Assembly: GCA_043228905.1 (NCBI GenBank) | Contig: JBHGNT010000009.1 | Span: 21,762,001 to 21,826,000, forward strand | Length of the DNA stretch: 64,000 nt | Source: Azolla caroliniana | Taxonomy: Eukaryota; Plantae; Polypodiophyta | Direction of reading: 5' to 3' | Shown: positions 27,901 to 39,600 of the stretch, in pieces | Position numbering within the stretch: the stretch's first letter is position 1 | How the letters are laid out: each line of letters begins with the position of its first letter | Notes under the pieces: model-generated | What the model was told of the DNA's origin: nothing | Database searches by the model: none | Seen by the model: the letters and a program-made list of their open reading frames with translations, nothing else | Program-made: the position numbers and the translations under genes

Positions 27901-29245
27901 GTCCGGGAGGGACTCAAACAAAAGACACCCGAATTTCGGCAACATAGAAACGGAGTCCGGTCCTATGGGACCCTCACACCGATCCGGAGGCTCCGGCAGT
28001 TCGGCCAACGTGGCAACGTGAGACCGAGGGAGAAGGACGGTGGCGGCAGGGAATGGGACCCGACGACACGAGGTTTCGGAAGGAGCCGGTAAGGGCAAAC
28101 ACGGTGAGGTGTGTTTGGCTGGAATGGCACACCTTGGACAGAACAAGAGTCTCGCAAGTGGCCATCGCGGGCCGGATCGAAGCGTGACTACGGGACGGTG
28201 TTCGGCACGGGCGGTGCCGAACAAAGGAAGCGGAAGACGGCACAAGGGAGGTGCCGGGAATGACGTGACAAGTGCCTAGTGGACTGCACAGGGTCAGAGT
28301 CAGGGGATGGCAAGAGAGGCCGAAGGAGGATCCTCCACACTCGCTTCGTAGATCCCGGTAGCTTCGTCAAAGTAGCGAAGACTGACACGGCAAGCCGGGA
28401 TGAGAAGCTGGTGGGGGCGAGGGGACGACGGCAAGTGAAAAACCCAGGACCTATTGCTGCAGCACGAAGACGGGAAGGGCCAAGCGGGCTACTACGGGGT
28501 GTTCCTCGGATGCAAAGAACACCGGTATGCGGGTGAGCGGCGATGCACGAACTGGCCGGAAAGGGGCCGACAAGACGTGCAATGAACCGGAGCACGGCAC
28601 AGGCGGTGCCAAACAACGGACGAGGGTATGTGGCACACGGGGGGGTGTCGGAGCGGAAAGGCGAGCGCGGAGAACGTCGGAAAGGGATCCTCCACACAGT
28701 TCCGGAGACCATGGCGGTTCGAGCCGACGCGGCAATGTAAGACCATGGAGAAGGAAGGTGGCGGCGGAAGGACGAAGGCGACGCGAAACACCATCGGGAC
28801 ATCACGATTGGACAACGGAGGCCAAGCGGGCCACCACGGGCATGCCTCAAGCGGAGGACGTCGGGCATACGGCGGGAAGCGGGGCGTTCATACGGCCGAA
28901 CGAGGGCCAACGGAAGAACGCGTACTACAGAGATCATGGCAGAGGACCCATCGACGGGTCGAACGAGCCTACGGGGAGGCGAGCGCGAAGGAAGACTCGA
29001 AGCCGACGGATCAACCCGGCAGCGAGCCGGGATGCGGATCACGGGAGACCAGTTTCTCACCGACCGAAATCTCTCACCCTTCAACCAGATTGGCACGTGC
29101 CGGTGGACGTGCAGTTAGGTGGGGGTGGATGTCGTGAAGAATTTCGGTCAGAGGCGAAAACCGGGAAACATTGGCTACATCGGCGGGGTGCAACGTATGT
29201 ACGCACCCATGTACATTTAGTGTGAATATCGAGGGCGCCTTTATG
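24904..29245 (+). mobile_element. Non-autonomous Gag-only LTR element (TGTCG family); 5' LTR 24904-25654, truncated 3' LTR 29130-29245
   Basis: PBS-Trp TTGTGAACCCGACGTGA at ~25659-25675; gag 25692-27077 with in-frame stops (VGRFNGDKVPSYLEAYNAEM, DKVLLFVKSID, GLTEDW); PPT before 29130; left flank ACGT. Confidence 0.88.
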
Positions 29246-29728
29246 GTTTTTGATTATAAATTTCTGATTAGAATTTCTGAATAGGGTTTCTTGTTACAAA
29301 CTTCTAATTACAGATTTTGATTAGGGTTTCTGATTTCAAACTTCTGATTACAGATTTTGATTAGGGTTTCTGATTTCAAATTTTTGAATACAAATTATGA
29401 TTAGGGTTTCTATTTCTATTTCTGTTACAATTTTCTGATAATGGTGTCTGATTAAAATTTCTGATTAGGGTTTTTTATTATAAATTTCTTATTAGAATTT
29501 CTTAATAGGGTTTCTGGTTACAAACTTCTGATTACATATTTTGATTAGGGTTTCGGATTTCAAATTTCTGAATACAAATTATGATTAGGGTTTCTGTTTA
29601 CAAATATCTAATTGCAATTTCTGAAAGGGGTTTCTGATTTGCTAAGTTAATGATTTGCACTATTTCAGTTGTTGTTGATTGGGGTTTCTGATTTTGCACT
29701 ATTTCTTATTTCTGATTTGATATTTCAG
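29246..29728. repeat. Degenerate TTAGGGTTTCTGA-rich (telo-box-like) tandem repeat
   Basis: Many TTAGGGTTTC and TTCTGATT motifs with ~40-bp sub-periodicity. Confidence 0.7.
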
Positions 29729-29753
29729 ATGGCGTGTTCCTCTGTATCCGAGA

Positions 29754-30170
29754 GTGCTAAACTTAGCAAAATTTTGCGAGACAAAGGAGGACTTCCACAA
29801 CACCTATGGTCTGTCACTCGAGGGTGTTGACCCTGCTGTCCTAAGTGATAAATTGATCAGTGATGTTGACTGGATGACAGTATATACAGTGCCTAGAGTC
29901 AAAGGCAAGGTCAAGCTGAAGCATGTACGAGCCGACTTGTACGATGACTGCATGAGGCTGCACCAGAAAGTTCATCAGGAGATCCCAGTCAACAATGAGT
30001 TGTCAGTTTCATTTGCTAGAGCATTTGCATATGAGTACTGCAAAACAACGAAGGAATTCAGAGACCCTGAAATGTATAGGGTAGCTTGGGTAGTCTATGG
30101 TGAGGCATCGGTAGAAAGATGCCAAAATATGGGGACCTTGGCACAAAAAATAGACGGTAATCTAATTTAC
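29754..30170 (+). other. Truncated ORF of unknown, probably DNA-transposon-associated protein
   Basis: 145-aa open frame with protein-like composition directly after a pyrimidine-rich TTTCAG; no motif recognised. Confidence 0.3.
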
Positions 30171-30425
30171 CACAAGGCCTACTGGTTTTGATGTTGTGTT
30201 GTAGAAGCCATACACGATCCCCGACCTGAAACGTTTCTAAGGAGTCTAGGCGATGACGGTCTGCAATCCTCTTGTATGTACTTTGAGCATCACGCAAATT
30301 GTGGATAATGGTAGCGTGAATTTCTTGGAGATGACTGAGACGATCCGCAGCAGAAGGGTTGATAGGAACTCACAGGTGTTCAGTCATCGTCCAACAAGGA
30401 TGAGAACCCGTATTTGCGAAAAATG
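30165..30425 (-). mobile_element. Chromovirus-like Ty3 integrase C-terminal fragment
   Basis: KRIADRHR...FQVGDRVWL...TSRPCGKLDYR. Confidence 0.7.
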
Positions 30426-30428
30426 GCG

Positions 30429-33400
30429 TGTTGAGAATCAAGCTCAACTTGGTCGAGTGTGTGAACTCACCTTTAGAGTGAAGAGACACTCCAACGGTCA
30501 AGAGTCACCATTATGTCACCACTTTGTATTCTAGCATTTAGTATGAGTCATAGAATCATATTCTATGAAACATAACTTATGAGCTTTCACATTGCCCATG
30601 CTCCATGTGCCTTGTAGTTAATGAAGAGAGAGGGTGACTACATAAAGCACCCTCCTCCCATCTTGTATTATGTTGAGTCTTTCTCCTTTGTCAATATACT
30701 TTTACCTTGCGTATTCCTTCAAGAAGCCAAGACGCCGAAGGAAGCGTGGGAAAACCCACGAAAGATTTTCTCCGCAAACACGACCATGAGGAAGCTTCAA
30801 CTCCGCCAAGAGTTGAACAACATTCAACAAAGGGATATGTCCATCACGACATACACCTTGAAGATCAAGGAGCTTTGCGACTCGCTCGGCTCAATAAGCG
30901 TAAGTATAGATGATGATGAGATGGTGCAAATATGCCTCGGCGGCTTCGCACCACGGTTCGGCGCGATGCGAACCACCATTCTAGCACGGGAGAAATCTCC
31001 CTCCTTCGAGCTCCAATCAATGCTATTGGTCAAAGAAAACCACGTGCGTACAAGGAGCAATGAGTTGGAAGGCCACATGCTCTACACGCACTCTAATGGA
31101 GGAAGAGGACGCGGACGAGCGAGAGGCCGATTCGGCCAAGGACAAGGCGGACAAGGTCCGACCTATGACAACAACTCCCAATTTCGGCCGCAAAACGGAG
31201 GCCAACGAGGAACCTTCGCAAGAAGGGGGAGCTTCCACTCCGGCCCGAGCCGTCAAAACGCAACCGAATGCGGATATTGCGAAAAGCTCGGCCACCATGA
31301 AGAAGAGTGCCGAAAGAAGATGCGTGAATCGGCTTCCACAAGCCGACAACTCACGAATTACGTTGTCGCGTTGCTACACACGTGCGTGGAGAAGGGCGGG
31401 ACCACGGGGGTCTTGGACTGAGTAGAGGAGAAGGAATCGGACATGGAATGGAAGCTTTGCTCAAGAAGAAGAAGAAGAATGAACAAGAGATTAGATCGAA
31501 CAAGAGGAAGATGGAGACAAGATGATCAACAAGATATATTAAAACGAAATGAACGATTACAAAATGGTGGCCGCACCAAACGACTACTCGAAGACCTAAC
31601 CAACGAAGATGAAGATAAAGATAAAAATGAAGATGAAGATAAAGATAAAGTGAGACTAAAATATCCCCTTTCATTCAAAGGGGATATTTGCCTTGATTTG
31701 GGGAGGGTGAGATTGATGGCCCCTTAACTCCCACCTCCACACAAACAACTAGGTACCTATGTACCGCATAGTACCTCTCTCTCTCTCGCGCGTGGATGTG
31801 CGCACAAGACCACATCACCTTTATACCTTAGGGATCCTATGGGGCATTTCTAGCACCATACACTTTACCCTTATTACTATTACAAATACATTATGTACAT
31901 GTGCAACGTTGCACATCGCTCTTTGGCTCTCGTTGCTTGGGTTTCCGCTTGTGGACGAAAATCTTCACGACATCCGCCCCCACCTAACCGCACATCCACC
32001 GGTATGTGCCAAAACATAGGGGAGAGAACACGAGATTTTCAGCCACGACGACCGACCGAGTCCTTAGCGTCCTCGTGGGCCCGCCCGGTTTTGTCTTCGA
32101 CTTCGAGCAAGACCACCCCGTCCACACGAACCGCCGCCACCTTTCGGTCCACCATCCTCGCCAAATGGTCTCGAACCGTCGGCGCCATCCGATCCGCCAC
32201 ACTCGACGATGTTCGCCGAGTCGTTGCCTCCACCCGATCCGCCACGTCCACCGTGGGTCCTTGAACCACCGACAACATCCGACCCGCCGTATCCGATGCC
32301 CGTGCTTTCCTCCCTGTTCAGTCCTCCCGAACGTCGTCGCCAACCCGGTTGCTCTTCCTTTGTCCGCCTCGTATATCCTCCGGATGCGCTCCCGGTCGCA
32401 TGCCAGATTCCGCCCTTTGCATGCCGCACACCTCGGCGTGCCGACTCTCTCCGCTCCGCGCTTGCCTTCTGTAGGCTTTCCCCGTTGTTCGCCGTGCTCT
32501 CTCGCGGTAGAGCGTGCCATCACCCCGTCCTTCTTCGTGGCTCTCGTTACCGCTTCGCCTCGACCCGCGCCCTCTTGGCCCGATTGGCCTCGCATGTCCT
32601 TCGGGACACCGCGTTTTCTCTCCCCGGTGCGTAGCCCTCCGTTCTCCACGCACCTCCTCCGTTTTCCTAGATTCAACTCTCCACTCTTGCCGATCGCGCT
32701 CGGCCCATGTCGTCGATCTTGGTGTTTCGTCGCGCCGTCCTTCGTCCCACGCTTGCCTCTTGAAGGCTTGACCCCTCCATCATCGTCGGTCAATCGGTGT
32801 CGCCCATCCGCCGTATGCATGCTTGTGTCTTGGCCCTCCACCGGCCGTATTGCATGCGTCTCATGTCGCGCTTCCGCCGTAGACCCGACCTCCACGTTGG
32901 TCTCCAACTCCTCGCCGCCACCCACCGTTTCTTCGTTCTCCTTTCGATCCGCGACCGCTGATGCCTCACGGGTAGGTGTGGAGGGTTCCTCCCACTCTCA
33001 GTCCACCACCGAGTCCTCGCCTCTTAAAGGCTCAATCGGTCCACCGTTTCCGGTCACTCGTTGACGCTCCCCCGAGTGCATGCTTGTTCCTTGACCCTCC
33101 GCCAGCCGTAGTGCATGCTTCACTTCACGCTCATCCGCCATAGACCCAACCTCCGCGTTGGTCTCTTTGTCCTTCCCATACCGGGCATCCGCTCCGGTAC
33201 CCGATTCCACATTGTCTTCCAACTCCTCGCCGCCACCCGCCATCTCTTCGGTCTTCCGTTGATCCGCAAGCGCCGAAGTCTCAAGCATAGGTCTGGAGGG
33301 CTCCTCTTGCTCTCGGCCTCTCACCGACCCCTACTCGTCGTGCCCGGCTACGAATCGATCAAGCAATCCCGGTCTTGCCGGCTTCCTTCGGTTCGGGCCC

Positions 33401-36400
33401 GGTTGACCGGCCCCCGCTTCACTCTTCTTCCGCTCCACCTCCCGGTCGGGTCGGATTACCGACCGGCTCATCTTTCGGTCAGGTCGGTTCCCGACTCGCT
33501 CCTCGATGCTGCTCCGGACCTCTCTTTCGGTCTTTTCGCACGTGCCCACTCTGGGCCTCTCATCCTCACGGCCACCGCCCATCTCTCCGGTCTTATGTCC
33601 GCGCTTGGGCGCAACCGCCGAAGTCTCCGGCCCCGGTGTCGAGGGATCTTGCCTCCACCCGCTACAAACCTCCTCTTCGTCATTTCGATTGCACGCCTTG
33701 CCGCCGCCACCGTCCGTCTCTCTAGGTCTCACACCGGCTCTCGGGCCGGTTGCTGGAGTCTCTAGGACCGGTGTGTGGAAGGTTGCGGCATCGCCGCTCG
33801 TCTCCTCTTCTTCCTCGATTTCGCAAGCCTCGAGTATGCTCGCGAAATCCTCGTAGAACGTTTCGGGCAACCGCATCCCGAAACTTTCGCCCACTCTCGA
33901 AGTGGCGTCCATTGATCCGTAGATATCGGCCTCATCCATGGCCGTCCTCTTTCCACAAGTCGAGAGGGTCGCTCGCTCCGCACCCTCTCCCACATCGTCG
34001 TCGTGGTCGCCCGCCTTGCTGCCGCCACCATTCGTTACCCTAGGTCTCACGCGGGCACTCAGGTCGGCCGCTGGGGTTTCTTGAACCGGTGCGTGTAAGG
34101 TAGCAATGTCGCCGCTTGTCGATGCTATGCCCGTAGCCACCTCCATTCCGACATCGTCGTCCGTGGCTACCCCGCCTCCGTATATGCAAGCATCAATTAT
34201 GCTTGCCGCCTCCTCTTCCACGGTCTCCATACCGTTGTCTCGGTTGCCCGCCTTGCCGCCTTGCCACCGCCCGTCGCTCCAGGTCTCACGCCGGCAATTG
34301 GGCCGACCGCCGGTGCCTCTAGGGCCGGTGTGTGTAAGGTCGCGGCACCGCCGCTTGTCTCCTCCTCTCTCAATGTTTCGGGCATCCATGCCCGAACTCC
34401 CTCATGTCCGCTCGAACTGGCGATCGCCGCCTCACCGTCCCCGACCTCGTCCTCGGTCGATCTTTCTCCGTATGTCAAGAGGGTGGCTCGCTCCACACCC
34501 TCTCCCGTGGTACCGATGTACCATTCTCTTTCGGCCTCCTTATCCTCCGATCCGCTTGGGCCCGACTCCGCAATAAGCCCTTCTTCGACTTTGATTTGTG
34601 CCTCTACGATCTCGTACGCTTCCCGCACCAAGGCTTCGATGTCGAGCTCCTCCGAACCGATTTGTGTTGAGCTCTCTTTCGGCGGTAGTGCGTAGTTGAT
34701 CGCCGCTCTCTCTTCTCCGCCGCTTGCGGGCCGCGTTGTGGCCGACCGCCTCTCATCGCATTGTATGCACGCCCATTCCACCTCGTTCCAATCTTCGGTG
34801 AGGCCGTACGCCCCTTCATCGTCTTCGAGGTAGGGAAAAATGGCCATTCTCCCCCTTTCGTTGATCGACTTCAAGAATAGTGGGACCTTGTCCGCCCCCA
34901 CCGATTCTTGATCCCGGACCGAAAGTTGGGAAAACCGGAGATCGAACTCCCGAAATGCCTTCATTGCACTTCGAGGAGCCTTTGCCGACGACACCCATAG
35001 ATCGAACTCACGTCGATCGTACTTGTACGCCTCTTCCCGTCTTTCTCTCCTTCTTGCGTAATCCCTTGCCATTCTCGTAATTACTTCCGCGATGTCTCCG
35101 TCTTCCATCTCCTTCCTCCCTTGCCGCCTCTTCACGTCGGGTTCACCAAATATGTCGCGTTGCCATGCGCGTACGTGGAGAAGGGCGGGACCACGAGGGT
35201 ATTGGACTAAGGAGTAGAGGAGAAGGAATCGGACATGGAATGGAAGCTTTGCTCAAGAAGAAGAAGAAGAATGAACAAAAGATTAGATCGAACAAGAGGA
35301 AGATGGAGACAAGATGATCAACAAGATATATTAAAACGAAATGAACGATTACAAAATGGTGGCCGCATAGGCCACACCAAACGACTACTCGAAACCCTAA
35401 CCGACGAAGATGAAGAAAGATAAAGAAACCCTAACCCTAACCCTAACGCTCGACCTATGTGGTATACCTCGCACACTCAAAATAGGCAACCCCCACAATG
35501 GTGCCTTCCCTCTCCTTTTATAGCACAAGGAGGGAAGACCGTTTACAAAAGTGAGACTAAAATATCCCCTTTCATTCAAAGGGGATATTTGCCTTGATTT
35601 GGGGAGGGTGAGATTGATGGCCCCTTAACTCCCACCTCCACACAAACAACTAGGTACCTATGTACCGCATAGTACCTCTCTCTCTCTCTCGCGTGGATAT
35701 GCGCACAAGACCACATCACCTTTATACCTTAGGGATCCTATGGGGCATTTCTAGCACAATACACTTTACCCTTATTACTATTACAAATACATTATGTACG
35801 TGTGCAACGTTGCACATCGCTCTTTGGCTCTCTTTGCTCGGGTTTCCGCTTGTGGACGAAAATCTTCACGACAACGCGCACAATTCCGACTACGAAGAGT
35901 ATAGCGGAATGTACGGGCACAACTCCGACTACGAGGATCGTGGCGGAATGTACGCATACAACTCCGACCATGGCGGAATGTTCATGATGAAACATAGAGC
36001 AAACTCTATGTCGGCCTCTACCTCAACTAGTGCCCTCAATCCGGAGGACGTATGGTTTGTTGACTCCGGAGCCTCAAACCATATGACATCCCACAAAGAA
36101 TGGTTTCTCGAACTTCGAGAGCCGGAGCGACCCGGTTATGTCGAAACCGGAGATGACACTACGCACCCGATTCGGCACATCGGCAATGTTCCGTTCGGCG
36201 AAAGAGGTAAGCAAACATATATTAAAAATGTCTTGCATGTTCCCACCATCACAAAGAATTTGGTCTCGGTCGGCCAAATGGTTGAGCAAGGGATGCAAGT
36301 ACGATTCGACCAAGAAGGGTGCTTCATCGAAAAAGAAGGCCGAATCATCGCACGCGGAAGAAGAGAGAGCCGGATGTTCATTCTCGATTCGCACGAGATG

Positions 36401-36480
36401 AAATCCGCCATGTTCGCGAAAAGCACGAAAGCCGACTCCGACATAGAGCTATGGCATAAGCAAATCGGCCACATCAATCT
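30429..36480 (+). mobile_element. Ty1/Copia fragment (LTR piece, gag 30720-31363, protease and GAG-pre 35874-36480) split by a nested element
   Basis: LTR start TGTTGAGAATCAA similar to 49905; gag TPKEAWEN...CGYCEKLGHHEEEC; WFVDSGASNHMT; LWHKQIGHIN. The frame is restored (NYAHNSD) when the insert is removed. Confidence 0.88.
31364..35873 (-). mobile_element. Complete non-autonomous Gag-only LTR element; LTRs 31364-31972 and 35153-35873
   Basis: Highly similar LTRs; perfect PBS-Trp rc TCACGTCGGGTTCACCA at 35132-35148; PPT rc at 31973-31984; partial gag ORF 34197-35135 (DKVPLFLKSI, GLTEDW); TSD ACGT/ACGC. Confidence 0.93.
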
Positions 36481-36615
36481 CATCCGGTTCTCACCAGGTC
36501 TGCACCATCTGGCTCTCCGTAGACGGGTACTCGTCATCCGGTTTCGGCTTCGGCCGAGTTTGTTCATCGGCATTGTTCTTCTCCCTTCCCATCCGGAGGG
36601 ACCTGTCTCCCAACA
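36481..36615 (-). mobile_element. Short LTR-terminus fragment (rc TGTTGGGAGAC...)
   Basis: Ends CCCAACA at the junction with the Ty3 RNase H; shares CATCCGGTTCTCACC and TCCCATCCGGAGGGAC with LTRs 9483-10303 and 12167-13083. Confidence 0.5.
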
Positions 36616-39600
36616 CTGAGGACCTTCGTGCCGAACCGGATCGTGAAACGCATGTCGTCCTCGTCCTCTTGGTTGATGACCCATCCGATCCCGGTCGGAC
36701 TCATGTCTACCGTTACGTAAATTGGAGTGTTTTTTCCGTAGACAGCCTTTCGGAGCGACGGAGCTGCGGCAAGTGCTTCCTTCATCTTTCGGACAGACTC
36801 CGTATGCTCGTCTCTCCACTCGAATTTTCGCCCCTTTTTCAGCAACCTGTATAACGGCTCCGCAACGTGGGCGTAATTTTTGGATCCATATGTGGTAGAA
36901 CGCGCATGCTCCCAAGAACCTCCGAACCTCCGTGACCGAGCTACAGTCGTGCTTCATCGCGGAGATGGCGTCTACCTTAGCCGGAGACGGTTTCCGGCCG
37001 AACGACCCGCATAGGTGTCCGACGACCATGATCTCTGATTGCCCGAAGGCCGATTTTTCCCCGGTGAAGGTGAGCCTCGCGCCCTCTAACCTCTGCAGCA
37101 CCTTCTCGCAATCATCGATGTGCGTCGCCACGAATTTCCGGCACCGGTCCGGTCCGATCGTCTCATCCTTTTCCTCCACCGGGCATCCCTTGATCGGGAC
37201 GTCGTCCAAAAACGGCATGGTGATGTCCGGCATACAATCCCTCAGCACCTTGTTCATTGCGTTCACCATGTGAGCCACCGAGTTCGTCCCTCCTTGCGGT
37301 AGGGTACACATCCGTACTAGGCCGAGAGGAGTTCGCATTGTCGTGATGTCTTTGCTCTCTATGGCTAGCTGGAACTGATCGTACCCCGAGTAGAGATCAC
37401 CGACCGAGTAAATCGACCTTCCGGCGAAGGCCTCCATGAACTCGTCTATTGTCGGTCCGATTCCTGCGTTTCGAATGGTCACCTTGTTGACCGGCTGCAA
37501 GTCTTGAATAAAGCGCAGCGTGCCGTCCTTCTTCGGCACGGTAAAACACCGATTCGAGTATGGGGCACTCGACGGTTTGAGGATGCCCATCTCGACCTTC
37601 TGCTTTAACAGCTCCATCAGCTTCGGGATGTGAACTCTAGGTACTGGAATCGGTTTGAGACTCCATGGCACATGTAGTACCGTGAATATCACCATCGGTT
37701 CCACGATTGTCGGGTCTACGCACCCGATCTCCTCCGGTGAGAATGTGAAAGCCTTCCCGTGCCTTCCGAGCATTCCCCGAAACCGGTCCTCTTCCGCCAG
37801 CAGTAGGAAGCTGCCCCCACCGATTTTGAGCTCACGTAGCGTTATGTCGGTGAACGTGTGTCCTATGCGGGCCGAATTTCGTAAACTCAGGTCCGACGCA
37901 ACCCCCTTTATTCGCAACTCACTGCCTTCCGGCAAGGGAGCCGCGACTGGCCTCACCTTCCGGTCCACAGTCTTGTATCTCGTGTCCACCCGGGCCGTCC
38001 GATCCGACTCGAGCCCTCTACTGAAGTCCGCGATGACTTCGTACATCCTTTCTGAACATATCGGAATCGTCCGGTTCTCTTTAAGGACTCCTCCGACTAC
38101 CTCTCGCAGCTCCCCCAAGGTATCGTCGAAAGAGACCGCCTCCACGGCTCCGTTGATTTCCTCTCCAGGGCCGAGGATACCACATGCCCGAAGTCGCCCC
38201 TCCGCCCTTTTCTTCTTCCGGCCAACGACATCGACTATCGTACACCCTCCGTTGTCGGAGAACCAAAATTTCCTACTTATAGTACAGGTCTTCTTCACTA
38301 TCGTACACTTGTGGGGTTTTCCCAGAGTGTCCGGACTATCACAGCCCCACGCCTTGATAGCCCTCTCTAAAAATCCTCTCGGCTTTCGCCCCCGAGGGTC
38401 TCGCGGTTCCGCTCATGGTTTAGTCTCACCGTCAGGAACTGGACCGAGTGACGCCCATCCTGGCTCTTGACCCTTGCATAGGTCGAGCCGTTGTCTAGCA
38501 CCTTGGTCTCCATCCATGCTGCCGTGATGTATAGTTCTCCTAGTATAACCGGATGTGAGGACGTCTCCTGCACAAAGAAGTGTTGGTCAATCTCGACATC
38601 GCCGATCTTTACTCGTACATTCGGGCAGGCTCCATGCAGTTCTTCGGTGGCACGCGTCGCTGCCCGTATTTTCCACCCGTGCTTGGTGTTGATCGGCCAT
38701 TTCCCCTTCTTGTAGAAGTCCATGGACATCAAATTGATTTTTGAACCGTGGTCCACCAACGCCACCACTGGTTCATGAACATCTCCGATCTTCACGGGGG
38801 TCTCCGTGGTCGCTCTGGCCCAGTGCGGCCTCGAATAGTGGCTCTCCACCAACTCGTCTTCTAGCGCCATGTCCTCTATGTGCGTCGTCCGCACCTCCAC
38901 CGGCTTCTCCGGTTCTGTCTCCGTCGACAGCCTCTTCCTCTTCACCAAGTCTACGATGGAGTCGTGGAACTCTTTCTTGGCGATCCCGAGCACTTCCCTC
39001 AGCGACAGTTCCACCTTGCTGTCGAGGATTCGTTCTTCCAGGACCTTTCACAGGTCCGTGGATCTTTCGATTTCTATGCCCAACAGGTACCCGCCCATCT
39101 TGGGATTATCCTGGGCGCCGGTTACACCGTTCTCATTCCGCCTTTGCCCGAATCAAATTTCATACCATTGCGAGGGCCCGGCCCCTCCGGTTTTTCCTAC
39201 CCGCTTGTCCTCCACCAGAGCCTCATAGTTTTGACAAGCGGCTTCGACGAAGCCCGTCTTTTCTTCCACCAGGTCACTCCACCTGGTTACCTCCCGGACC
39301 CATTTTTCCGCGCGGTCCGCCTCTTCTTTCCTTAGTCGTGCGCCGGCGAGGCCTTCTAGCATCGTCAGCCAGAACCCGGCTTTGTTCGTCTTCGGGGCCT
39401 CGCCACCTCCGACCCGAATACCAGCTGACGCCGAGTAGTGGACGGTCTCTGCGTGATGAGCCACCGCCTCCTCCATCAGCCTTTTCATACCCCCTCGCCC
39501 GACGTTCAGGTTCAAGGCCCTTCGGGTCTCGCTGGCGTGCACCCGACCGTTCCACAGGTACACCACGTTGCTTCTCATCGCCTCGGCGAAGTCCCCGCAG

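Noticed and set aside
27100-29096. Many long overlapping ORFs (also at 32000-34100)
   Set aside because: GC-rich, stop-poor internal regions of non-autonomous elements with Arg/Pro/Gly-rich translations and no domain motifs.
35132-35148. tRNA-Trp gene
   Set aside because: Only the 17-nt 3' end is present next to an LTR, so it is a primer-binding site.
35427-35445. Interstitial telomere (AACCCT)3
   Set aside because: Three units inside an LTR; a telo-box-like motif, not a telomeric array.
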